A stretch of DNA of 64,000 nucleotides from Centroscyllium fabricii (taxonomy: Eukaryota): positions 127,534,001 through 127,598,000 of the forward strand of contig JBNRSN020000016.1 in assembly GCA_051313645.2 (NCBI GenBank). The letters are read 5' to 3'. The position numbers and the translations under genes were made by a program. Below, in pieces: positions 50,525-62,869 of the stretch. The first letter of the stretch is position 1. Each line of letters opens with the position of its first letter. The notes under the pieces are model-generated. The model did not search any database and was not told where the DNA came from. It saw nothing but the letters and a program-made list of their open reading frames with translations.

Positions 50525-50989
50525 CTGGAAGAGAAAAGGCCATCAACATTGGTTAGCATTTTAAATTAGGGGGACAGGTTAATCTGAAGTCGAGGCTAAT
50601 TTTGCCAATGAAAGTGAAACTTGTTCTGATCAAAAAAGAGAACGGAGCTCAGATTCTAAAAATGGCTCAAAAGCAACGGTAGTCCACCGAAATAATAGAG
50701 CAGTTGTTTCTGCAGAATAAAAATATTAGATTGTTTATTGCAATCATGGCCCTATTTATCTCCCAAAAATCATACAATTGTTCAGCTAAAACAATATTCT
50801 AAATTCATTTCACAGTATGGCACATTATAGGTGCAATACTATGTCTTTCAGAACAAATACTCCATCTTCATGCCTCCCTTGGCCACATGTAGCAGACAGC
50901 ATAGAATGGACCAACTCCCAGGGCTCCATGCATGCTGCTCTGAATCTGGTGCTCGGAGGAATACAACTGCCCAATGACAAACATAGAAA

Positions 50990-51337
50990 AATAGAAGATA
51001 GGAGCAGGAGTCGGCCATTCGGCCCTTCGAGCCTGCTCCGCCATTCAATGAGATCATGGTTGATCATCCAAACCCAGTACCCTGTCCCTGCCTTCTCCCC
51101 ATATCCCTCGATCCCTATCGAGCCTGCACCGACACACATCCCACCCTATCCCCGTAACCCCACATATTCAATCCCCCTAACACTAAGGGTTAATTTATCC
51201 TGGCCAATCAACCTAACCCGCACATCTTTGGACTGTGGGAGGAAACTGGAGCACCCGGAGGAAACCCACGCAGACACGGGCAGAATGTGCAAACTCCACA
51301 GATAGTCACCCGAGGTTGGATTTGAACTCGGGTCTGA
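50990..51337 (-). mobile_element. HE1-like SINE tail A (head truncated)
   Basis: Matches the family; ~470 nt upstream of the 168-nt exon. Confidence 0.9.
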
Positions 51338-51857
51338 CTGGATTTGACAAGTCGCACGATTCCCCGTATCACTATGTGAGAACGTGCATGTTCTTCACTT
51401 AGCACCGCCCACTGGCATTGGAGAAAATATCACAAACTATGCCCCGGGGGGGGGGGGGGGGGGGGGGGGGGGGAGAATCTTGGGCATCAACCTAGTTCCC
51501 ACCACTCCATTGCACACAGCAGGGCGAGGTTCAAAGATTCCAGTGCTCAATTAAATAGTAGGTCATATGAGAAAGAAGGAATGTGTTTAAATACCTCTTG
51601 AATTGTTCCTATTGTTTGTGAAGTTAGCAATTGTCAAACACTGCTCATTTGTCTACACACAAGACATATACAAACACAGATTTTCAAGAGAAATAGGGGG
51701 GGGAGCATTGCACTTGCAATGAACACTAAAAAATGAAAATCCTGGAGATCAAACAGTAGGTACAATTTTAAACGGGTTGCACATTTTTCACATGAGGAAC
51801 AGTAACCACTTTCACTCAGTTGATGGCAATACAGACTGTATATAAAACACACACTGA

Positions 51858-52167
51858 ATCATAGAATCCCATCAGTGCAGATAGAGGCCATTTTGGCCTA
51901 TCGAGCCTGCACCGACTCATATCCCACCCTATCCCCGTAACCCCACATATTCAAACCCCCTAACACTAAGGGTCAATTTATCATGGCCAATCAACCTAAC
52001 CCGCACATCTTTGGACTGTGGGAGGAAACCCTCGCACCCGGAGGAAACCCTCGCAGACACGGGGAGAATGTGCAAACTCCACACAGATAGTACCCGAGGC
52101 TGGATTTGAACCCGGGCCCCTGGCGCTGTGAGGCAACAGTGCTAACCACTATGCCACTGTGCCGCCC
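51858..52167 (-). mobile_element. HE1-like SINE tail B
   Basis: Ends GCAGGCTCGATAGGCCAAAATGGCCTCTATCTGCACTGATGGGATTCTATGATT. Confidence 0.9.
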
Positions 52168-52609
52168 AATAGGAAATGTGGCACTTACATAATAAATAGG
52201 AGCAGGAGTAGGCCATTTGGCCCTTTGAGCCTGCTCCGCGATTCAATAAGATATCCACTTTCCTGCACTATCCGCATCGCATATCCCCTTAATACCCAAA
52301 AATCTATCGATCTCTGCATTGAATATACTCAATGACTGAGCCTCCACAGTCCTCTGGGGTAGAGAATTCCAAAGATTCACCACCCTGAGTGAAGAAATTT
52401 TTCATCTCAGTCCTAAATGGCCGTCCCCGTATTCGGAGACTGTGACCCCTTTTCTAGACTCCCCAGCCAGGGGAAACATCATCCCTGCATCTACCCTGTC
52501 AAGCCCATTTATTATGGGTCTAGATAAAACTTATCACAGGCCACAGGCACTGGATTTGAACATCACTAAATAATACATGCCACATTTCAACATCCACGAT
52601 GAACACAAA

Positions 52610-54760
52610 TTAGTACCTCCTGAAGCAATATCCAGTCGTGAATGGTGGTGGATCATTAAACAACTAATGGGAGGAGGAGGCGCCATGAATATCCCCATCC
52701 TCAATGATGGTGGAGCCCAGCACGAGTGCAAAAAGTTAAGGCTGAAGCATTTGCAACCATCTTCAGCCAGAAGTGTCGAGTGGATGATCCATATCGGCCT
52801 ACTCCTGATGTCCCCACCATCACAGAAGCCAGTGCTCATTAACTTCGATTCACTCTGCGTGATATCAAGAAATGGCTGAGCATTCTGCACACAGCAAAGG
52901 CTTTGGGTCCTGCCAACATCCCAGCTATCGGGCTGAAGACTTGTGCTCCAGAACTAGCCACGCCTCTAGCCAAGCTGTTCCAGTACAGCTACAACACTGG
53001 CATCTATCCGACAATGTGGAAAACTGCCCAGGTATGTCTTGTCCACAAAAAACAGGACAAATCCAATCCGGCCAATTACCGCCGCATCAGTCTACTCTCA
53101 ATCATCAACAAAGTGATGGAAGGTGCCATCAACAGTGCTATCAAGTGGCACTTACTCACCAATAACCTGCGCTCTGATGCCCAGTTTGGGTTCCGCCAAG
53201 ACCACTCGGCTCCAGACCTCATTACAGCCTTGGTCCAAACTTGGACAAAAGAGCTGAATTCCAGAGGGGAGGGGAGAGTGACTGCCCTTGACATCAAGGC
53301 AGCATTTAACAGATTGCAGCATCAAGGAGCCCTAGTAAAACTGAAGTCAATGGGAATCGGGGAGAAAACGCTCCACTGGCTAGAGTCATAGAAACATGGA
53401 GCAGGAGTAGGCCATTCGGCCCTTCGAGCCTGCTCCGCCATTCAATGAGATCATGGCTGATCATCCAAACCCAGTACCCCGCCCCTGCCCTCTCCCCATA
53501 TCCCTATCGAGCCTACACTGACACATATCCCACCCTATCCCCGTAACCCCACATATTCAATCCCCCTAACACTAAGGGTCAATTTATCCTGGCCAATCAA
53601 CCTAACCTGCACATCTTTGGACTGTGGGAGGAAACCGGAGCACCCGGAGGAAACCCACGCAGACACGGGGAGAATGTGCAAACTCCACACAGATAGTACC
53701 CGAGGCCGGATTTGAACCCGGGTCTCCAGTGCTGTGAGACAGCAGTGCTAACCACTGTGCCGCCATACCTAGCACAAAGGAAGGTGGTTGAAGGCCAATC
53801 ATCACAGCCCCAGGACATCGCTGCAGGAGTTCCTCAGGGCAGTGTCCGAGGCCCAACCATCTTCAGCTGCTTCATCAATGACCTTCCCTCCAACATCAGG
53901 TCAGAAATGTAGATACTCGCTGATGACTGCAGTGTTCAGCGCCATTCACAACTCCTCAGATAATGAAGCAGTCCATGCCCACATGCAACAAGACCTGGAC
54001 GATGTTCATACTTGGGCTGATAAATGGCAGGTAACATTCGTGCCACAAAAGTGCCAGGCAATGACCATCTGCAAAAAACGAGTAAACACGTGCCCATGAT
54101 ATTAAACAGCATTACCATCGCCGAATCCCTCACCATTGACCAGAATCTTAACCAGCCACATAAATACTGTGGCAACAATAGGTCAGAGGCTAGGTATTCG
54201 GCGGCCAGTCTCTCACCTCCCGACTCCCCAAAGCCTTTCCACCATCTACGAGGCACAAGTAAGGAGTGCGATAGAATACTCCCCACTTGTCTGGTTGAGT
54301 GCAGCTCCAACACCACAAGAAGCTCAACACCATCCAGGGCAAAGCAGCCCGCTTGACTGGCGCCCCATCCACCACCTTAAACATTCACTCCCTCCACCAC
54401 CAGCGTACCGTGGCTGCAGTGTGTGCCATTTATAAGATGCACTGCAGCAACTCGCCACGGCTTCTTTGGCAGCACCTCCCATACCCGCAACCTCTAGAAG
54501 TCAAGGGCAGCAGGTGCATGGGACCACCACCACCTCCAAGTTCCCCACCATCCTGATTTAGAAGTATATCGCCGATCCTTCATCGTCGCTGTGTCAAAAT
54601 TCTGGAACTCCCTCCCTAACAGCACTGGGAGTACCTTCACCACACGGACTGCAGGGATTCAAGGCGGCGGCTCACCACCACCTTCTCAAAGGCAATTAGG
54701 GATGGGCAATAAATGCTGGCCTTGCCAGTGAGGCCCACATCCCATAAACAAATAAAAAAC
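52610..54760 (+). mobile_element. CR1/L2-clade LINE, RT region and 3' tail, with SINE insertion
   Basis: WKTAQVCLVHKKQDKSNPANYRRISLLSII...QFGFR...ALDIKAAF, GVPQGSVRGPTIFSCFINDL, and 3' tail. Confidence 0.9.
53387..53763 (-). mobile_element. HE1-like SINE tail A nested in the LINE
   Basis: Interrupts GAGTCATACCTAGC (intact at ~28718); TSD CATA. Confidence 0.92.
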
Positions 54761-55652
54761 TCACTTGTAAGCCCTCCCCATTTACAAATTCATTTCCCAC
54801 CTTAGTTTGTTCCAAGATATTGCAAAAAATCTTTCTTCGCCATTTTCAAACAATAAGTGTGTGGCCTATCTCCCTGCAAACTGGTTGCACCATGTGGACC
54901 CACCATTACATGCAGATTTGTCAACATTTTGGCCAATGCACATGTGCCAAATTAACAGCAATCCAATAGAGAATTGTGTCATGTCAGACACTGCTGCTAC
55001 CTCAGCAGGAAGACCCAGTCAAAACAAAATATGCCTTAAATCGGTCAGTTTTCCATACATGCGACTGTGCAACAACTGGGCTTTGGGGGCCAGTGGCCAA
55101 AGATCAATAAAAACAGCTCAATTCACCCCAGGTCAACCATTTAAAAAAACCATATTCGTGCATTTCAAAATGCAACTTGCTTCAATGGGAGACAGTTGGT
55201 TCCCTGCCCAACTCCTATAGAATGTCTGCAAATAACAGTACAAAAAAAATAATCACAAAATTGATTCCGATAGAGTTCATTCAAACCCATTCGGGCTTAT
55301 CCTCCCAGAATATCATCCCCAACATCCTTTTATTTCTGCATTTAGCTGATAAATTAGTCAAATTAAATGTTAAATTCAGCAGTGGAACACCTGCTTCATA
55401 AAGAAATGCTCCTGGATACCGGTCAGAAATTTTTCATAACCCTTGCCCTGCTTCACTGCTGTTTCTAAACACGAGAAAAAATAAACCCAAAACAATATCA
55501 AAGCATCAATAAAAGGTCACATTTAGGTAGAATCATCAAGCGGTTTTGTTCCTCATAGCTTGGGGGGGGGGGGGGGGGGAGAGAGAGAGAGAGAGAGGAG
55601 GAAAATGAGCCTCATCACTCTTTTGCACAGCTTTTGGGACCTGTATGGCCAT

Positions 55653-56045
55653 GGGCGGCACGGTGGCATAGTGGTTCGCACTGTTGCCTCACAGCTCTGG
55701 AGACCCAGGTTCAAATCCAGCCTCGGGTACTATCTGTGTGGAGTTTGCACATTCTCCCCATGGGTTTCCTCCGGGTGCTCCGGTTTCCTCCCACAGTCCA
55801 AAGATGTGCGGGTTAGGTTGACTGGCCAGGGTAAATTGACCCTTAGTGTTAGGGCGATTGAATATGTGGGGTTACGGGGATAGGGTGGGATGTGTGTCGG
55901 TGCAGGCTCGATGGGGATAGAGGGATATGGGGAGAGGGCAGGGTACTGGGTTTGGATCATCAGCCATGATCTCATTGAATGGCGGAGCGGGCTCGAAGGG
56001 CCGAATGGCCTACTGCTGCTCCCATCGTCTATGTTCTATGTTCTA
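55653..56045 (+). mobile_element. HE1-like SINE tail A
   Basis: Full copy with a small core deletion. Confidence 0.92.
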
Positions 56046-56454
56046 ACTGCACAGAGTATTACAGATACAGCCAGAATAGGCCACTATGGAATTTCAGCAT
56101 GACCTCTGGATTCAAACACAACTAATCAGGCAATATAAATTGGAGATATTTACTTTGTTACAGATAAATTTCAAGGTCCTGATAACATTCAGATACTGTC
56201 TTCTATTAACTGAATTGTTGGATGGGGGGAGGGGATGAGAAAGGGGCCAAACGAGTACAGGAAAGAGATTAAGTTGCGTTAAGGATGCTCATGTTCTTTT
56301 CACCATAAAGTATCGTCTCTTTATCCCCAAGAGAGGAAAAAAAATCCAGATACACGCACCTTACTTCACTTCAACTTGATGGAAATGCATCAGTACCGTT
56401 ATACAGACATGATTAGGTCATCCAGATGGATGCCAGAATAGCACTGCTCAAAAT

Positions 56455-56685
56455 GGGAAGACACGGTGGCGCAGTGGTTAACAGTGGTTAACACTGCTGC
56501 CTCGCAATAAGGAGCTGCCGGGTTCGAATCCTGCTTGGCCTTTAGGGTTAAAGGTTACGGAGAGAAGGCAGGGACGGGATACTGAACTGAAGGATCAGCC
56601 ATGATCTCATTGAATGGCGGAGCAGGCTCGAAGGGCCGAATAGCCTACTCCTGCTCCTATCATCTATGTATCTATGTGTCTATGT
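56455..56685 (+). mobile_element. Core-less tRNA-head + CR1-tail SINE
   Basis: CACGGTGGCGCAGTGGTTAAC...GGGTTCGAATCCTG joined almost directly to GGAGAGAAGGCAGGG...GATCAGCCATGATCTCATTGAATGG...(TCTATGTN)n; possible AAAAT TSD. Confidence 0.8.
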
Positions 56686-58309
56686 AAAATCAGAGATCAT
56701 AGGTTTCAATGTGCCGCTCTCCTGGGCAATGTGTCTCCCTCCCTAAGGTGTGCAGCCACACACCAATTGGGAGGACCCGCGCAGGCCACTCATCAGCTGC
56801 TGCCACTGGAAAAGATACAGCACAGCACATTTAATGGGACTGCGCACCAAAGAAAAATATTGAGGGAACATTGCCCCCGGTTACTTGTTGCTATTCCAGG
56901 CAGATCAATTGTGCTCTAGAGATTCCCCAATGGTAAAAGGAAGCACAACAATTTTAGCAATGAAAATGCGAGCTCCACATTTCCCCATCTCTATACTGGC
57001 ACATTTACAATCAACAGCACTCATGTAAAAATGACTTTCCCTCTACTCAAGGAGGCATTACTGGTACTTTTCCCGACACAAATAACTGAACAATTACAGA
57101 ACCGTGGCATAGACAATTTCATTGAACACTCCAAACCACTGAGTACACAATGCTGATTCAGGCTTTCTTCCAACACAACTTGTATTCATTGGAGAGGCAG
57201 TTCCATAACGAGTCCGCTTACAAACTGACATCTGCATGATTATACAGGTTACAAGCTGGAGCGTGTGCCGCTGTATTCATTATCTTCCAACTACAGTGTA
57301 TTGCACTAGAGAGCACATGGGTTTCTTACCACTTTCTCCTGTCTAAAGAGCCTGCATTTATACAGAACTTCACATCCTCAGGACTCATTTTGTCATGAAA
57401 TGTGGCTGTCAATTTGCACCTACTCTGAAAGGCAGTGGACAGCACACTGTCGGGCCACTACATTCAGGCTGAAACCAAGATTTATTTGCAAGTTAGATAA
57501 TATACAGCAAAGAAATACAATAAATTGCTAAAGGCACAAATACATAAACAAAACTCCCATTAGAATGTATTTTTCAGTTTAATAATCGACAAGAATGTTG
57601 TATTTAATTATCTTTTGTAGCGATCCCACTGAGGTTCCAACATCAACACTACATTGAGGGCCCAAGGGCCTGTACAGTGCTGTATGTTCTATGTTCTATG
57701 TTCACGAGAGTACATTGATCCCAGGCCCAAATCCTTTGAATGAATAGCTATTACGGTAGAGTGGAGCTCACCATGCATGGAATACCTTGACAAGGTGCGC
57801 CAATCTTGCCACGTTATGACATTTCGGTTGATTCTTGAACCATTAGCACCGAGGAACAAAGTATTTGCCTATTTGCTACTTTACACATTAAAACAGAAAA
57901 TACCTTCCTAACCTCCATCTTGGAACGGGGCAAGGGAAGTCCATTTTTATTTCAACTATTTCAACACTACATGTGACGTGGAAGGACTTTCACCTGTTTG
58001 ACAAGACAAAACCCTTTTGTCACACACAACTCTGAATTTGGTGACATTCAGCAGAGCCAATTGACAACAGAAGAAAAGGATGTCAATCCCCACTGCATGA
58101 ACACAAGACAGAGGCAAACTTTAGCCTAGCAAGGATCAGGATATCGATCCGACTACTGAGTTTTGTCTCTCTGGAACTACCGTGCAGTTCTCTGAACAGA
58201 TTCTTTGTTCCCATCTCTTCGGAGGGCAGCAACTCACGCTGTACAGCTCCAGAAAGGACCAATTCAGCTCCAGCATCTCATCTAAAGAGTAATTCTTCAT
58301 ACAAGATCA

Positions 58310-60112
58310 TAGACTACATAGAAACATAGAAGATAGGAGCTCGAGTAGGCCATTCGGCCCCTCCAGCTTGCTCCGCCATTCAATGAGATCATGGCTGATC
58401 ATCCAAACTCAGTACCCTGTCCCTGCCTTCTCCCCATATCCCTTGATCCCTCTAGCCGTAAGAAATACATCCAGCTCCTTCTTGAATATATTCAATGAAC
58501 TAGCCTCCACTGCCCTCTGTGGCAGAGAATTCCACAGGTTCACCACTCTCTGGGTGAAGAAATTCCTCCTCATCTCTGTCCTAAATGAGTTACCCCTTAT
58601 CCTTAGACTATGACCCCTGGTTCTGGAATCTCCGACCATCAGGAACATTCTTCCTGCATCAAGTTTGTCCAGACCAGTTAGAATTTTATACGTTTCGATG
58701 AGGTCCCCTCTCAATCTTCTAAACTCCAGAGTACAAACCCAGTCTACCCAGTCTCTCCTCATACGTCATTCCTGCCATCCCAGGTATCAGCCTGGTGAAT
58801 CTTCTCTGCACTCGCATGGCAAGAACGTCCTTCCTTAGATAAGGAGACCAAAATTGCACACAGTACTCAAGGTGTGGTTTCACCAAGGCCCTGTACAACT
58901 GCAGCAAGACCTCCCTGTTCCTGTACTCGAACCCTTTCGCTATGAAGGCTAACATACCATTTGCCTTCTTAACCGCCTGCTGCACCTGCATGCTCACCTT
59001 CAGTGACTGGTGCACAAGGACACCCAGGTCTCGTTGCACTTCCCCATCTCTTGCCATTCCGATAATAGTCGGCATTTCTGTTTTTGCCCCCAAAGTGGAT
59101 AACCTCGCATTTATCCACATTATACTGCATCTGCCACGTCTCAGCCCGCTCGCCCAACCTGTCCAAATCATCCTGGAGCTTCCTGGTATCCACCTCGCAG
59201 CACACACTCCCTCCCAGCTTTGTGTCATCTGCAAACTTGGAGACATTACATTTAGTTCCCTTTTCTAAATCATTAATGTATATTGTGAATAGCTGGGGTC
59301 CCAGGACCGATCCCTGCGGTACCCCACAAGTCACTGCCTACCACTCAGAAAAAGACCCATTTACTCCTACTCCCTGCTTTCTGTCCGCCAACCAATTCTC
59401 AATCCAAGTCAATACCTTCCCCCAATCCCATGTGCCCTAACTTTACATGCTAATCTCTTGTGTGGGACCTTGTCGAACGCCTTCTGAAAGTCTAAGTACA
59501 CCACATCTACTGGTTCTCCCTGATCAATTTTCCCAGTTACATCCTCAAAAAATTCCAGTAGATTAGTCAAGCACGATTTACCTTTTGTAAATCCATGTTG
59601 ACTTTGTCTGATCCTGCCACTGATTTTCAACTGCTCAGCTATTCCATCCTTTATTATGGACTCCAGCATCTTCCCCACTACTGATGTCAGGCTTACTGGT
59701 CTGTAATTTCCCGCTTTCTCCCTACCACCCTTTTTGAATAGTGGGGTAACATTAGCCACCCTCCAATCCATGGGTACAATTCCAGATTCCATCGATTGCT
59801 GGAAGATAATCAGCAATGCATCCACTATTTCTAGGGCCACTTCCTTAAGTACCAGGATGTAGATGATCAGGCCCTGGGGATGTACCAGGATGTAGATGAT
59901 CAGGCCCTGGGGATTTATCGGCCTTTAATCCCATCAATTTCCCTAACACCATTTCCCTGCAAATACAGATTTCTTTCAGTTCCTCCCTTTCATCAAACCT
60001 TATGTTCCCCAATATCTCTGGGAGATTACTTGTGTCCTCCTTTGTGAAGACAGAACCAAAATATGCATTTAATTGGTCTGCCATTTCTTTGTTCCCCATT
60101 ATCACTTCCCCT
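58310..60112 (-). mobile_element. CR1 LINE (HER1-like), 1.8 kb 5'-truncated; likely partner of SINE tail A
   Basis: NYRPVSLTSVVGKMLESII, YLDFQKAFDKVPH, GVPQGSVLGPQLFTIYINDL, KFADDTKL. The last ~130 nt are nearly identical to SINE tail A. Confidence 0.93.
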
Positions 60113-61408
60113 GCTACGTCAGCAGGCTATGTAACCACAGGCATCACAAAGCCCTATCCTGCCCTCACCCAGGGTCTGGGCATTCATTTTCCAGTTGTCA
60201 AGGGAAACCTTGAATTCTCCCCTCTTACACCAAGTCCATGTACCTGCGGCCACCCGACCTGAAATCAGCTAACCAGAACAGACCACGGTTGAAACAGGTA
60301 GCTTTAAGCAGCATTAGGGGAATTGCAATTAGGGGAAACGCATCGACATGTGAAACAGGAGTGGAGGAGAGTCACAGTAAATTTAGTTCAAAAAACTTCT
60401 TTCCCCTCCTGTTAAAAACCCTAAACTATGAAACACTCTCTCCAGAACTCTTCCTCAAAACACTCACCTGTCTTCTACCTTGGTGTCCTTGATTGACCCA
60501 CAAAACCAATTTGGACAAAATCATCCATGTATTAACTGAAAACAACTATACCAAACCCACTGAAAAGCAGAGCTTTGGAGGCATTCCAGCCATTTACCCA
60601 CAGTCCAAAGAAACCGAACTTCTTTAAATACTTTCAAGACACACAGCAAGGCTACCAACTAACCAGGCTGAGTAAAGTCCTGTTTTGTATGGAATTAGCA
60701 TACAAAACAAAGGCTCCATTTCCATTGAGATCCTTCTTGGGGAGGGGAGAATAGGAAACATGATCAGGAGGTCAAGAGAATCACCTTTCACTCCCTCCCC
60801 CAAAGGAGCATATGCTAAACGCCATTGCAAAGAAAACACTAAGTTCATGAATAGCTCCTCTGGTGGTCACGCAAACTCATGCAGCTTTCTTCCAGCTTCT
60901 ATTTTTTTAATAAACAAATGCATTTAATGGAATGTCATGCTTCTGAAATCCTATACGCCGCAGCAGCACAACAGTGAGGAGGAGGGGCACTATTCTTTCA
61001 AAGTTCAAGGAATTAACAAAATGGATCCAGCAAAAACATACACATATGCATTAAATGTTCTTCGTTCAAAACTACAAGATTACTAGGAATAGACAAGAAG
61101 CCGCCCCAAAGTAGATACGTGCATTTTGTCACATGCTTGGCACATTGGAGATTCTCAATTGCAGTAATGTGCATAGATGACCACATCATCTCAGAGTGAG
61201 GAGAGTATAAACTCCACTGTGGCCCACACTGCACTTGATTTAACTTGCTTTAATATCAGGCACTTATTTGTTCAAACAATTTAAATAATCAAATGTGATA
61301 TGCACCACAAAAACAAATATTTTTCAGAGACTTCCTAATCAATACTATGCTGAAAGTTATCCAGATGATTCTTTCGGAAATCATTCACATTTATGCACAT
61401 TTTAAATA

Positions 61409-61789
61409 CAGGTTGAGCACCGTTAATCCGGCACGGGCGGGAGCAGGCCCGTGCCGGGAAAGTGAAAATCCCGAACGACTGAAGCTTTGGCGAGCGCATG
61501 CGCAGACAATTCAAAATGGCCGGCGTGAAAGGCCGGTGGCCATTTTGAGTGGTCTGCGCATGCACTTATCGTTCGGGGAGTCCCGGCCCAGCCCACGTTC
61601 GGCTCAGAGACCATTGTGAATGATCGGCGCATGCACTCGCTGTTCGGCGGCGCATGCGCAGATCAGATCATTCACCGAAGCATCAATCGCAGTGGCCATT
61701 TTGCGCATGCGCGGGGCAGTCGGGGAAATTATTGCCGGATGTTCGAAGTTGCCGTTTTTTCAGGTAACGGATTAACAGCGCTCAACCTG
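61409..61789. mobile_element. Tigger/pogo-like MITE, copy 4
   Basis: TA|CAGGTTGAGCACCGTTAATCCGG ... CGGATTAACAGCGCTCAACCTG|TA. Confidence 0.9.
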
Positions 61790-62297
61790 TACTATAAAAT
61801 TGCCACTTTTGGTAGAAGTGAAATTAAAATGATTTAATTCATCTAGTCATTAGTTCTACAAGTACATACCACAGTACCTGGTCAGCAAGCCTTTACAGCA
61901 AACATCCATGGATTCTGTTAACACTTGTTTCCAAGGCAAAATAGTCACATCTGCTTTTCCAACGATTTCCATATCAACCTCAAACAAGCTTCACACACAC
62001 AACCATTGATCAGTTCATTAGCCATTAACGTGTTGACATATTCCTAAATTGGATTCAACATTTCAAATACTGAACAATTTGAAAAATTAGATTGTTCATT
62101 ATTTTATATTCGCCGCTCAATGAAGTCCTCATTACTGTAGGAGACACGAGTTCAGGGGGGGGGGGGATCTGCCAAAGCCTGGCTCTAACTACAGCATAGC
62201 CAGCATAAATTTAAAATGCTGCTTTATCCAACATCTACTTGTTGTAGAAGTCCATGGCTGGTGGAGAAATGCATACCCTGAATGTGTCGTGAAACTA

Positions 62298-62869
62298 CAG
62301 GTTGAGCACCGTTAATCCGGCACGGTCGGGACCAGGCAGGAGTGAAGCTTTGGCGTGCGCATGCGCGGACCAGTGCAGGCGGCCGCAGTGCGCGCAGACC
62401 AGTTCAACTGCCCACCGCGCGCGGGTGGTGCACAGCACAGAGGGGATTGCTGGGTGGAGCAGTCCAACATCACGAGATTGGAGCACTCAATGGGGACACG
62501 CCCCAGAAGGTCTGGCACGGTAGAAGCCACGCCGTCGGGACACGCCCCGGAAGGTCGGGCGCGGTTGAAGCCACGCCGTCGGGACACGCCCCGGAAGGTC
62601 TGGCGCGGTTCAAGCCACGCCATCGGGACCAGTGCACATTCAGAAAAGGCCCCGGGGGGGGGGAAGCCCGGTCCAACACTCCACGGGGCCGGAGCATCAC
62701 AGACTTTCTGCATGTCAGGTACCCCCCGTACCCTGTACAGGGTTTTTTTTTGCACAAAGCGCGGGAAGCGTCTGCTCGGAGGATGAAGAGCACCGCTGCA
62801 CATGCGCCGACCACTCGGGGAGATCCGGTCCGGACAACGGAAGCGGCCGGATTAACGGTGCTCAACTTG
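62298..62869. mobile_element. Tigger/pogo-like MITE, long variant with internal 44-bp tandem repeat
   Basis: Same TIRs and TA TSD. Interior differs and contains 3x GGGACACGCCCCGGAAGGTCTGGCGCGGTTGAAGCCACGCCGTC (~62493-62628). Confidence 0.9.

Noticed and set aside
51385-51473. Long G homopolymers (also ~32490, 37625, 44956) as regulatory G-quadruplexes
   Set aside because: Simple poly-G tracts of unreliable length; nothing else supports function.
5561-56102. Recurrent ORFs such as MISHDLIEWRSRLEGPNG, WSLHILPVSAWVSSGCSGFLPQSKDV and GRKPEHPEETHADTGR
   Set aside because: Translations of the non-coding HE1-like SINE.
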